Shown: positions 35,685 to 45,018 of the stretch, piece after piece | Position numbering within the stretch: the first letter of the stretch is position 1 | Layout: each line of letters opens with the position of its first letter | Assembly (NCBI GenBank): GCA_963774265.1 | Contig: CAVZDU010000005.1 | Span: 160,001-224,000, forward strand | Length of the DNA: 64,000 nucleotides | Source: an uncultured Chloroflexia bacterium | GTDB lineage: Bacteria > Chloroflexota > Anaerolineae > CG2-30-64-16 | Direction: 5' to 3' | Translations under genes and position numbers: made by a program | The notes under the pieces: generated by a model | The model's input: only the letters and a program-made list of their open reading frames with translations | Databases searched by the model: none | What the model was told of the DNA's origin: nothing

Positions 35685-35741
35685 AGCGTACAGGCCGGGC
35701 GTCCGAGGTTCGTTACGGCGAGCGTTACGGCGAGCGCTACG
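35685..35741 (-). promoter_or_regulatory. Repeat-operator promoter 4, in the divergent gap beside the SARP/BTAD regulator
   Basis: Minus strand CGTAGCG-n5-CGTAACG-n5-CGTAACG-n5-CGGACGC-n8-TACGCT. Confidence 0.78.
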
Positions 35742-35758
35742 ATGGAGAAAATCAGGCC

Positions 35759-38698
35759 GTGTCCAAGCTTTGCCTCTATCTATTCGGTGCACCCCGCCTG
35801 GAAAAGGATGGCGCGGCGGTGACCACCGACACCCGCAAGGCGATCGCGCTGCTGGCCTACCTGGCCGTGACCGGCCGGCCGCACACGCGCGACGCGCTCG
35901 CGACCTTGCTTTGGGGTGATTCGGATCAGCAGCACGCGCGCGGCGCGCTGCGCCGGACGCTCTCTGTGCTGCGTTCGGCCGTGGGTGAAGGCGTGCTGAA
36001 CGCGGCGGACGATACCATCGGCCTTGGTCCCGGGCTATGGTGCGATGTGACCGCGTTCAGGGCCGAGCTTGGCAAGGCGGGTCAGTCATCCGGTGGCGCT
36101 GCATCGCAGTTGCCGGCGCTTGTTGCGGCGGTCACCCACAATACCGGCCCTTTCATGGCCGGCTTCAGCCTACGCGACAGCCCCGATTTCGAAGAGTGGC
36201 AGTTCCTGGAGGGTGAGGCGCTGGACAGGGAGCTGGCTGCGGCCCTCGACCGGCTGGCCCGCGATCTGGCGGACCAGGGCGACACCCCGGCCGCACTCGC
36301 GCACGCGCGGCGCCTGCTATCGCTCGATCCGCTTAACGAGGAGGCGCACCGGCTGCTGATGCAGCTCTACGCGATCAGTGGGGCCCAGGGCTCGGCGCTG
36401 CGCCAGTATCGCGAGTGCGTTCGCGTGCTGGACCAGGAACTGGGGGTGACGCCACTGGCCGAAACGGCCGAGTTGTACCAAGCCATCCGGGAGAAGGCAC
36501 TGGTCCGGCCTGCCCCGCGCGCCGCCACTGCTTCCGTCGCGGAGCGCCTGGCGGAAGCAGCGGCAGCGGGCCCGGTCTCTCCGCGGGCCGGCAGACCCTG
36601 GTCGCTGGTGGGCCGCGCGCGGGAATGGACGACGTTGACGCGCGCCTATGGCCGCGATGCTCAGGGCGGTTATTGCCTGGCGCTCGAGGGCGAGGCCGGC
36701 ATCGGCAAGACCCGGTTGGCGGAGGATTTTCTGGCGCATGCGCGTTCCCGGGGCGCTGCGGTGGTCGGGGCCCGGTGCTACGAGGGCGAATCCGGCGTGG
36801 CGTACGGGGCGATCACCGGGGCGCTGCGGGCCTTGATCGGAGAATCCGGGTGTCAAGAGCGGCTGGCTCAAATGCCTGCTTTTGCGCTGAGCGAGGCAGC
36901 CCGCCTTCTGCCGGAGCTGGCGGCCCGGGCGCCCGCGGCGGCGCCCCTTGGTCAGGATCCCGGCGCGGCCGCCCGTTTCCTGGAGGGGTTGCGCCAGTTT
37001 CTGACCGGGCTGTGCACCGGGACCGCCCCTACGGTGCTTTTCTTTGATGATCTCCACTGGGCCGACGCCGCTTCGCTCGATTTCCTGGTCTATCTCGTCC
37101 GCCGCCTTGTGGGGCAGCCGCTTTTCGTCCTGCTCTCCTGGCGGCCGGACGGTTCGCCCCAGGTCGAGCAGCTCCGGGCATTGCTGGTCGATGCGATGCG
37201 GGCTGGGCGTGGCGGTCTGCTCGCTCTGCGCCGCCTGAGCCTGGCCGATGTGCTGGAGCTTGCCTCTGCTGTGGGCGGCGAGGGGCGGTCGCTGCCCGAT
37301 GGCCTGGCCGGCCGCGTCTACCACGAGAGCGAAGGCGTGCCTCTGTTTGTTGTGGCCTACCTGGAGGCCGCCTATCTGGAGGCGGCGCGAGAGGGCGCCA
37401 TTCCCGGCGCGCCGGACCCGCCCCGCGAGGTCCGCGACCTGCCCCGCGGGGTACGCGATCTGCTGGCCGCGCGGCTGCGCGGCCTGGGCGAGACCGAGCG
37501 CCAGCTTCTCCAGGCCGCGGCGGTCCTGGGCCGCTCGTTTGACGTGGATGTGCTCCAGGCGATATCAGGCCGTACGGCCGAGGAAACCTTGGGCAGCCTG
37601 GACCGTCTGGCGGCCCGCGGGCTGATCCATGAGCTTGCCGGGACGGGGCCGGTCCTCCTCTACGATTTTGACCACGAGAAGCTGCGCTCGCTCATCTACG
37701 AGGAGACCAGCCTGGCGCGGCGGCGGCTGCTCCACGAGAGGGCCGGCCGCGGCCTGGTTGCGGCAGGCAGCCGGCGCCGTGCGGCCGAAGCCTTTGCTGC
37801 CCAGGCCGCCCATCACTTCGAGGAGGCCGGGCTGGCTGAAGAGGCTGCAGCGCAGCATCTGGTCGCCGCGCGGCACGCGGCGCAGATCTTCGCCAATGTC
37901 GATGCCCTGGCCCATTACCGGTCCGCGTTGGGCCTCGGGCATGCGGACGTAGCGCTCATTCACGAGGCCATCGGCGATCTAGTGACGCTGGGCGGCGACT
38001 ACGGGGTCGCGTTGGCGTCATACGAGGCCGCGGCCGCGGCCTTGCCCCCCGGCTCGAGCCATGCGCCCGCGATCGAGCACAAGCTGGCCAACCTGCACGC
38101 CCGGCTGGGGAACTGGGAGGCTGCGGAGAGCTACTTCGTGGCTGCCGATGGGGCGCTCATGGGCGACTGCGATGGCGACAGGGCGAGCCTGTATGCGGAT
38201 TGGAGCCTGGCCTGTCATCAACAGGGCGCTGTGGATCGGGCTGCGGCGTTGGCCGGCAGAGCGCTGGATTGCGCGGAGCGGACGGGCGACCGCCGCGCGC
38301 TGGCCCAGGCGCACAATATCGCGGGGGTGCTGGGCCGCGCCCGCGGCGATTTTCGTGCAGCCATCGCGAGCCTGGAGCGGAGCTGCGAACTCGCTGAAGC
38401 CTTGGGTGATCCAGGCGTGCGCGCGGCCGCACTCAACAACCTGGCGCTTGCGCTGGGCGCGGCCGGCGATTTCTCCCGCGCGGCCCCGCTGCTGCAGGAG
38501 GCGCTGGCCGCCTGCAGCAGGCAGGGTGATCGCCATCGCGAGGCCGCCCTGCGCAACAACCTGGCGGACCTGCTCCATGCAGCCGGTCGGGAGGAGGAGG
38601 CCATGGCCGAACTGAAGGCCGCGGTGGCGCTCTTCGCAGAGGTGGGGATGCAGGCGGGGGAGGCGCGGCCGGAGATCTGGAAGCTCACCGAGTGGTGA
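35759..38698 (+). CDS. SARP-family regulator: wHTH-BTAD + AAA ATPase + TPR
   Basis: KAIALLAYLA, RDALATLLW, DPLNEEAHRLLM.LY, Walker A GEAGIGKT, DDLHWAD, SEGVPLF, C-terminal TPRs. Confidence 0.93.
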   Translation: MSKLCLYLFGAPRLEKDGAAVTTDTRKAIALLAYLAVTGRPHTRDALATLLWGDSDQQHARGALRRTLSVLRSAVGEGVLNAADDTIGLGPGLWCDVTAFRAELGKAGQSSGGAASQLPALVAAVTHNTGPFMAGFSLRDSPDFEEWQFLEGEALDRELAAALDRLARDLADQGDTPAALAHARRLLSLDPLNEEAHRLLMQLYAISGAQGSALRQYRECVRVLDQELGVTPLAETAELYQAIREKALVRPAPRAATASVAERLAEAAAAGPVSPRAGRPWSLVGRAREWTTLTRAYGRDAQGGYCLALEGEAGIGKTRLAEDFLAHARSRGAAVVGARCYEGESGVAYGAITGALRALIGESGCQERLAQMPAFALSEAARLLPELAARAPAAAPLGQDPGAAARFLEGLRQFLTGLCTGTAPTVLFFDDLHWADAASLDFLVYLVRRLVGQPLFVLLSWRPDGSPQVEQLRALLVDAMRAGRGGLLALRRLSLADVLELASAVGGEGRSLPDGLAGRVYHESEGVPLFVVAYLEAAYLEAAREGAIPGAPDPPREVRDLPRGVRDLLAARLRGLGETERQLLQAAAVLGRSFDVDVLQAISGRTAEETLGSLDRLAARGLIHELAGTGPVLLYDFDHEKLRSLIYEETSLARRRLLHERAGRGLVAAGSRRRAAEAFAAQAAHHFEEAGLAEEAAAQHLVAARHAAQIFANVDALAHYRSALGLGHADVALIHEAIGDLVTLGGDYGVALASYEAAAAALPPGSSHAPAIEHKLANLHARLGNWEAAESYFVAADGALMGDCDGDRASLYADWSLACHQQGAVDRAAALAGRALDCAERTGDRRALAQAHNIAGVLGRARGDFRAAIASLERSCELAEALGDPGVRAAALNNLALALGAAGDFSRAAPLLQEALAACSRQGDRHREAALRNNLADLLHAAGREEEAMAELKAAVALFAEVGMQAGEARPEIWKLTEW

Positions 38699-38743
38699 CC
38701 GATGATGCTTGCAAGTATTGCACAAACATAGTACAGTTGAGAC

Positions 38744-39829
38744 ATGCACCGGAGGGTGAGCGCGCAAGAACCGGACTCGAACTCACTGGTCGTCCCTGCT
38801 GTCGCGTTTCGGGAGAGCTGGATCGATCGGCTCACTTCACGCGTTGAACGCCTGCCCCTACCCCCGCCGCTTCTGTACGCGATTCTGGCCGTTGTCTCGG
38901 TGCTGCTTTTCGTGGTCAACGACTGGCTGAACACAGGGCTGCTGGTCGGAGCGCTGAAGCCATTCCATCTCGTACTGGCTCTCGAGCCGGTCTATACGGT
39001 CGCCCTGATCCATCTGTTGAATCACCGCGCGGGGCGTGCGCTCGACCGGATGGAAGCCTTGCTCGTCGATAAGCCGGCCGATAGCGCGCTGGTCCACCGG
39101 CAATTGACGTCGCTTCCGGCCATGCCCACCCTGGTGGTCGGATTGTGTGGTCTCGTTGTGGGCATCGGCGCGGCGATCCTTGAGCGGTTTGGGTTGCCTG
39201 CCGTGTTCGACGCTTTTATCTGGCCAGGGTCCGGGCGCTTCTTCCTCGAAGCCTGGCTAATCCTGACCTGGGTCCTTTTCGGCGTGCTGTTCTACCACAC
39301 TTTCCACCAACTGCGTCTCATCAATCACATTTACACACAGCACACGCGTATCGACCTGGACCACTACCAGCCGCTATTCCATTTTTCGACCGTCAGCGCG
39401 CTAACTGCGATCGGGCTGCTGCTGATCCCTTATGGCTGGTACGTCACGGTGCCTGACCTGGTGAGCGATCCGGCGGGCGTGCTCTTCGGCGCGCTCTTCC
39501 CGATTTTCGCGTTGATTTCGTTTCTCTGGCCGCTGGTGGGTGTGCATGGCTTACTCGTGGAGGCGAAGGAACGTGCGTTGTGGGAGAACGCCCGTATGCT
39601 CAAGGAGGGTCGCGCGGACTTGTACCATCGGGTTGAGAGCCAACAGTTCGTGGGCGCGAGCGAGGTCCACGATGCACTGGCCGCGGTGCGCGCGGAGCGT
39701 GAGGCGCTGGTGCGCGTGCCCACCTGGCCGTGGCAGCCCGGCACCTTCCGCGGTGTAGTAGCGGCGCTGCTGCTGCCACTGGCGGTGTGGCTTCTGCAGT
39801 GGGCTCTTCAGAAGGTGCTCGGGCTGTAG
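38744..39829 (+). CDS. Hypothetical polytopic membrane protein
   Basis: About 7 TM helices, C-terminal TWPW motif; promoter TTGCAA-17-TACAGT (38709-38737) directly before the ATG. Confidence 0.75.
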   Translation: MHRRVSAQEPDSNSLVVPAVAFRESWIDRLTSRVERLPLPPPLLYAILAVVSVLLFVVNDWLNTGLLVGALKPFHLVLALEPVYTVALIHLLNHRAGRALDRMEALLVDKPADSALVHRQLTSLPAMPTLVVGLCGLVVGIGAAILERFGLPAVFDAFIWPGSGRFFLEAWLILTWVLFGVLFYHTFHQLRLINHIYTQHTRIDLDHYQPLFHFSTVSALTAIGLLLIPYGWYVTVPDLVSDPAGVLFGALFPIFALISFLWPLVGVHGLLVEAKERALWENARMLKEGRADLYHRVESQQFVGASEVHDALAAVRAEREALVRVPTWPWQPGTFRGVVAALLLPLAVWLLQWALQKVLGL

Positions 39830-39885
39830 AAGGGGTTTGCTCCGCAGATCTCAAAAGGGCGCGGAGAGCACCAGGCGAGCGATTT

Positions 39886-41224
39886 CTATTCTTGCGCGCG
39901 GCCGATTTCCCCCTCGATCACCACGCGATAGGTCCGCAGCGGCTCGCTCGCCGGCCCGTTGAGCACACTGCCGTCCCGGACATCGAAGGCGGACGCGTGC
40001 CAGGGACAGATCACGGCGCAACCGTCGATGTCCCCCTCGCTCAACGGCCCTTCCGCGTGGGTGCATTCATCCTGAGTGGCGTAATACGTTCCGTCGATGT
40101 TGTAGACGGCCACCGCGCGTCCACCGACCGTGACCCGGCGTGAATGCCCGGGCTTCAAGTCTGCGACACGGAACTGGTCTGGTCCCAATGTCTCCGGGGC
40201 GGGTGCGGCTGCTGCGAACAGGTTCGCGAGCGAGACTTCGGGCTCGTCAGCCGTGAAAATGGGGAGGTCGACATAAACTTGATCATTCTCAACGGTGACC
40301 CGATACATCGGGAGTGCAGTCGTATGGTCCAGCAGGAGCTGGCCGGTGAGCAGGTTGTACTGGTAGCCATGCCAGGGACAGGTGAGCGTGGTTCCTTCCA
40401 GCGCTCCGGTGCAGACAGGGCCGCCGCGGTGGAGGCAGCTGTTGCTCAGCGCAACCCATCCCTCCTTGACGTGAAAAACGCCGATGGAATGACCATCGAC
40501 CTCGATAATCTTGCGCTCGCCTTCCGCAGTACCGGTGACCGGGCCAACCAGCACCCGCCGGTAGCTCGACGGTTTTATCAGGCCGCTGGCGCGCTCAAAG
40601 GAGTCCTCGGCGAGCTCGTGCAAAGGTTCCTCCTTCACTTCCTGCTTTGGCTCGTACGTCTCGGGCTCCTTGCCTTCACCGTAGACGCGCGATAGCTGCT
40701 CGGTCAGGACGGCGAGCAAGGCGCTCCACGCGGCGCAGCCCGCGCGCCTCCAGCTCCTCGTTGACGCCATTCAGTGCATTTGCGAGCACGGCCGCGATGC
40801 GCTGTTGGACGAAGCCCACCATCCCGATCACGTAGCGTTCGGAGATGTAAACGCGTGGATCCGCGCCCTGAGAAGTGTGCGCCCGTCCTACGTAATCCAC
40901 GAACCGCGCGTAGTCATCATCGAACACACCGGTCAACGTTCGACGCCAGAAACTGGCCTGGTGCTGCATGCGCAGCTCGAGGTAGTCCTGGTCGACCGTG
41001 CCGTCCTTCTTCAGGAAGTGCTTGCGGGTGGCGGGAAAGCGCAGCAGTTGCGCGTAAAATTCGCCGATGATGGCCGGGAGGTGCGGTTCGATGAAAGGCC
41101 GGGTATCGCGTATGGTCTGCGCATCCGCGGGGGTGAAGCCGATGAAGTCAGCCATGAACTGGAAGTAGCGCGGCGCGTCTGCCGCTCCGCGTTTGAAACG
41201 CTCCTGGGTCGAAAGTTCACTCAT
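39886..41224 (-). CDS. Protoglobin (sensor globin) fused to two Rieske [2Fe-2S] domains; frameshift near 40735
   Basis: FIGFTPAD..I, FYAQL, DYVGRAH globin pattern; Rieske boxes CLHRGG..CPWHG and CTHAEG..CPWHA; RBS AAGGAGG. Confidence 0.85.
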
Positions 41225-41266
41225 GGTTGCCTCCTTGATCTGTCCTTGAATTATTGTAGTGTATCT

Positions 41267-41305
41267 AACCACAAAGATCCAAAGAGCGCAAGGAGCACGA
41301 AGAAG
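41267..41305. repeat. Degenerate 9-mer tandem repeat
   Basis: aac-cacaaagat-ccaaagag-cgcaaggag-cacgaagaa. Confidence 0.45.
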
Positions 41306-41331
41306 CGGTCGGAGTCACGGCCGATGCGCAA

Positions 41332-42056
41332 TCACCCCAGGGATTGGTCGAAGAATGCAATCACACGCTGCTCGTACTCGTCGGGATAGCGAGTGAATGC
41401 GCCAGTGTGCGGGGCATCGGGGGGATCCACAAGGTTGCGCGTGCCCCGACCGTTGCAGCGAATAGCTCATTGAATTTTACTTCCAGACCATTAGCGCCGC
41501 CCGCAATCAACAGGAATTTGGCGGAGTTCGCTTCGACCATAGATGCTAACAATGGCTTGGGTGGTTTTTCGACGCTGAGAAATTGCACGGTCGCATACAT
41601 CACCCGGGCAGTGAAATTTCGGTAGAGAGATCGCTCTGAAGGCAGGGCAAGCAACTCCTCAGTACAACGTCTCGTTGCGCCGTCAGCGGCTACGGCCAGA
41701 AGGGACGGGTACTCGGACACCGCACCGAGCAGGACTTCTGCACCCATCGAAAGACCGAGTGCGCCGATTCGATTAACCTCCTCGCGCTGCTGCAAATACT
41801 GAATCGCGGCGCCGACATCAGATGTGCCTTGCCAGCCCAAACGGTTTGTCGCGCCACTGCTCATTCCATGTCCTCGGAGGTCCAGCGCGAGAACACCGAA
41901 TCCGTGACTGATCAACATTTCTGCATAGAGACGCATTTGTTCGCGTGAACCCCCTGCGCCATGAAGCAAGATGAGTGCTGCCCCATTCGTGGAAGGCGCG
42001 TACCATCCGGCCAGCGACACATTGTCGTCCGTCAGCAGTTCGATGGCCTCGAATTC
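41332..42056 (-). pseudogene. Alpha/beta hydrolase fragment lacking its N-terminus
   Basis: FEAIELLTDDNVSLAGWY, LLHGAGG, DLRGHG.S, GLSMG; shifted end HTGAF..YEQRVIAFF; the 5' part merges into the DUF1801 gene end with no RBS. Confidence 0.75.
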
Positions 42057-42436
42057 TTCTTGCCCCTTGCTTCGGCTTTTCCCAGGTTCTCTTCTACCCT
42101 GAACTTCACAATCTCGCCGATCAGGTCGAAAGGAATCGGCTGATCCAGAGGAAACCTCACCGAACCCTTCCCGCCCTTGTAGGCAGACAGCTGCTTCTGG
42201 AATTCCTCAGTTCCTGTTGGCGTGGGATAGAACCCGATGTGGTTCTTGAACGCGGCGAAATGCACCAGGTTTCCGTGCAGTCTGAAGGTCGGCATCTGAT
42301 AGCTGATAGCTTCTTCCGCCCTGGGCGCCGCTTCTCTGATCGTCAGCCTGATTCTTTCCAGGATCTCCCGGATATCAGGCGGAAAGCCGGCGATATATTC
42401 ATCTATACTTTTGGGCGTTGATTGATCGGTTTTCAT
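42032..42436 (-). CDS. DUF1801/YdhG-family protein
   Basis: SIDEYIAGFP, EEAISYQMPTF, HFAAFKNHIGFYP, KGSVRFP. Confidence 0.9.
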   Translation of the reverse strand: MKTDQSTPKSIDEYIAGFPPDIREILERIRLTIREAAPRAEEAISYQMPTFRLHGNLVHFAAFKNHIGFYPTPTGTEEFQKQLSAYKGGKGSVRFPLDQPIPFDLIGEIVKFRVEENLGKAEARGKKNSRPSNC

Positions 42437-42491
42437 GCGTTCCCCTGGGCAAATCCTGGGCTGCCGCCCAATGACTGCCTGTCAACTACTT

Positions 42492-42866
42492 TTATTGGCA
42501 GGCCACATACTGCACACCGGCAATATGTCCGAAGTGCTCATCTTGCGTCCAGAGCGTTGCGTCGTGCGCGTTGGCCGTCGCCAGGATGATGCTGTCGGCC
42601 ATCGGGATCCGGTGCTGCAGCGAGACCCTGGCGGCAGCCAGAGCAAGCTGCACATCAAGATCCACGATCCGTCCCCGCATCATCACGGCAGCAGCCAGAA
42701 AGCCCTCACTCTCGCTGCGCTGCTGAAGGATGCGTTTGAATACTTCGTAAACGCTGATCGCAGGCACGACCAGGTCGGCCGCGACTTCAATCGCCGGTGC
42801 AAAGAAATCCGCATTGGGTCCATCGGCAAAGTACTCGAGCCAGCCGGATGAATCGACGACGTTCAT
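42492..42866 (-). CDS. vapC: VapC-family PIN toxin
   Basis: VVDSSGWLEY, ISVYEV, ADSIILATA, LWTQDEHF. Confidence 0.92.
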   Translation of the reverse strand: MNVVDSSGWLEYFADGPNADFFAPAIEVAADLVVPAISVYEVFKRILQQRSESEGFLAAAVMMRGRIVDLDVQLALAAARVSLQHRIPMADSIILATANAHDATLWTQDEHFGHIAGVQYVACQ

Positions 42867-43069
42867 AGCCGGTCCAGCTCCCGCTCGATAGTCGTATCGA
42901 TGCCTTTGAGGAAGCCGCGCATCTCGCTCGTTGGCCGGATAAGGATCAGCTCGATCCGGTCTTCATACTGGATCACCTGCATTCTTTGTCCGGGGCGAAT
43001 GCGAAGCGCCTCGCGCACTGCGCGTGGGATCACAACTTGAAACTTCGGGGAAACCAGAACTGCCTCCAT
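42863..43069 (-). CDS. vapB: AbrB/MazE-type antitoxin
   Basis: VSPKFQVVIPRAVREALRIRPG; 4-bp overlap with the toxin gene; RBS GGGAGG. Confidence 0.9.
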   Translation of the reverse strand: MEAVLVSPKFQVVIPRAVREALRIRPGQRMQVIQYEDRIELILIRPTSEMRGFLKGIDTTIERELDRL

Positions 43070-43083
43070 ACTTCCTCCCGATC

Positions 43084-43118
43084 GATAGGATTTTCGTCTT
43101 ACGTAGCACGATTCTATC
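43084..43118. promoter_or_regulatory. Imperfect palindromic operator upstream of the TA operon
   Basis: gataggattttcgtcttacgtagcacgattctatc, near-dyad centred on TACGTA. Confidence 0.5.
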
Positions 43119-43361
43119 ATACTTAGAACAAGATTGTACAGAGTTAACAAGTGTACACTCCTGACTTCTCCACTTTTCTTCAAAGCCCCCCCGGAATCCA
43201 TTGACACGTGCGTTCTTTTTCTCTATGATGTAGCAGAACAAAGTGCCCGGCGCCTCGACATCGACCTGAAGTCCGTCAGTCCGTCACGCGTTTCGGGGGG
43301 GATAGCAGATAGAAATATTTCCCTTGAAGACCGCCAAGGGGGGCCGCGCGCGGTGTTAAAT

Positions 43362-43601
43362 TTAATACGCAGCCATGCCATCCTGCACTAGGCGACGCGC
43401 GAGCGCAACGAGCACGGCAGCATCATCGCGACTCCGGACGACGACGCGGCCGTCTATGACCTGGCCAACGAGAAGGGCGTCCTGCCGAGCCCCCATGACT
43501 TGAGAAAAAAATATTTGTTGGTTATCCCCCCCGAAATGAGTGACGGACTGACGGACTTGCCTACGGAGAAGAGGGTGGTGTTCGACCTGTGATCGAGACA
43601 T
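43362..43601 (-). CDS. Possible small hypothetical protein
   Basis: 79-aa ORF filling an otherwise empty gap; no recognisable motif. Confidence 0.3.
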   Translation of the reverse strand: MSRSQVEHHPLLRRQVRQSVTHFGGDNQQIFFSQVMGARQDALLVGQVIDGRVVVRSRDDAAVLVALARRLVQDGMAAY

Positions 43602-43690
43602 CGTCTACGTTACCAATCCGGCGCCGATCGTTTTCCCCTTCTTCAGCTAGCTGGCATTACAAAGTGGGGTGCCGCAAGCTCCGTCGCGCC

Positions 43691-43719
43691 TTGGTCGCTC
43701 CACGCGGAGATGCTATAAT
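43691..43719 (+). promoter_or_regulatory. recO promoter
   Basis: TTGGTC-17 bp-TATAAT with TG extension. Confidence 0.65.
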
Positions 43720-43766
43720 CGCGCCGTGCGGTGTGCTCACCGCGCGGTCTAGGAACCGACAGTACT

Positions 43767-44540
43767 ATGGTGGATTACGCAGGGGCGCGCCGGCAGCGGC
43801 TATACCGGCTGGCAGGGATCGTGCTGCGGCGGCGGGATATGGGCGAAGCCGACCGCCTGCTCACGGTATTCACGCGGGACCGCGGCAAGATCACGCTGCT
43901 GGCCAAGGGCGTGCGCCGTCCGGCGAGCCGAAAGGCTGGCCACCTCGAGCCATTTACCTACACGGACCTGCTCGTCGCGAAGGGCGCGAACCTGGACCTG
44001 GTGACCCAGGCCGAGACGATCACGGCACACCGTCACGTGCGCGAGGACCTCTGGCTGAGCGGCCTGGCCTACACCGTCGTCGAGCTGGCCGATGCGTTCA
44101 CCCAGGATGAGGACCCGAACGCGCTGTTGTTCGAGCTGCTGCTCGAAACGCTCGGCCGCCTGGACTCAGGGGAGCATTCAAACCTCGTGGTGCGCTACTA
44201 CGAGCTGCACATGCTCGATCTGGCGGGCTACCAGCCCCAGCTTTTCCGCTGCGTCCAGTGCGATCAGCCGCTCCAGCCCGTGGTCAATTTTCTGAGCCTG
44301 GAGCGCGGTGGCTGCCTATGTCCACAGCACGGGGCCAACGCGGCCGGCACGGTGGCCTTGCCGCTCGACGTGCTGAAGGTCCTGCGGTATCTCCAGACGC
44401 GCAATTGGGAGCAGATCGCGGTGCTGCAGCTGCGGCCTGAGGTGCTGGCCCAGGTGGAGTCCATCCTGGCGCGTTATATCGTTTATCATCTCGAACGGTC
44501 GCTCCGCGCACCCGCGTTTCTCGAGAAGATACGACGATAG
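43767..44540 (+). CDS. recO: DNA repair protein RecO
   Basis: GIVLRRRDMGEADRLLTVFTRDRGK..AKGVR, C4 zinc finger CVQC..CPQH. Confidence 0.95.
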   Translation: MVDYAGARRQRLYRLAGIVLRRRDMGEADRLLTVFTRDRGKITLLAKGVRRPASRKAGHLEPFTYTDLLVAKGANLDLVTQAETITAHRHVREDLWLSGLAYTVVELADAFTQDEDPNALLFELLLETLGRLDSGEHSNLVVRYYELHMLDLAGYQPQLFRCVQCDQPLQPVVNFLSLERGGCLCPQHGANAAGTVALPLDVLKVLRYLQTRNWEQIAVLQLRPEVLAQVESILARYIVYHLERSLRAPAFLEKIRR

Positions 44541-44542
44541 AC

Positions 44543-44624
44543 GGAAAGGAAAACGTAAAAAGGAAGAAGGAAAACGAAAATGGAAAATGAAGATCTTCCT
44601 TTTTCCTTCTTGCTTCTTCCTTAA
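44543..44624. repeat. Short tandem heptamer-like purine/pyrimidine inverted array
   Basis: ggaaagg aaaacgt aaaaagg aagaagg aaaacga aaatgga aaatgaa followed by complementary ttccttt ttccttc ttgcttc ttcctt. Confidence 0.6.
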
Positions 44625-44640
44625 TCGGGGGGCGTTCAGC

Positions 44641-45018
44641 ATGGAAATGAAAGCATACCAGCAATGGCTCGAGGCGTGGGACAAGGCGCGCGGGTGGGAC
44701 CGCGTCTCCCCTTCCCACACGCTGATCCACGCGTTTGAGGAATTGGGCGAGGTCGCCCGGCTGATGCTGCAATGGGAGGGCTACAAGCAGGCCGAGAGCG
44801 CCGACAAGCTGCATGCCGAGCTCGAAGAGGAACTCTCCGACGTTTTTACCTTCCTCTTCAAGCTGGCGTATCAGACCGGCATCGATATAGAGGCGGCGCT
44901 GGCCCGCGGCCAGGCCAAGGCTGACACCCGCTACGAGGATGTCGCGGCCGCCGAGGGCATGCTGGCGCGCTATCACGCCCGACAGAACGAGGAACGCGAG
45001 CGGTTATTGGGGAAGTGA
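44641..45018 (+). CDS. MazG-like nucleotide pyrophosphohydrolase
   Basis: EELGEVAR...EEELSDV..FL..LA. Confidence 0.88.
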   Translation: MEMKAYQQWLEAWDKARGWDRVSPSHTLIHAFEELGEVARLMLQWEGYKQAESADKLHAELEEELSDVFTFLFKLAYQTGIDIEAALARGQAKADTRYEDVAAAEGMLARYHARQNEERERLLGK

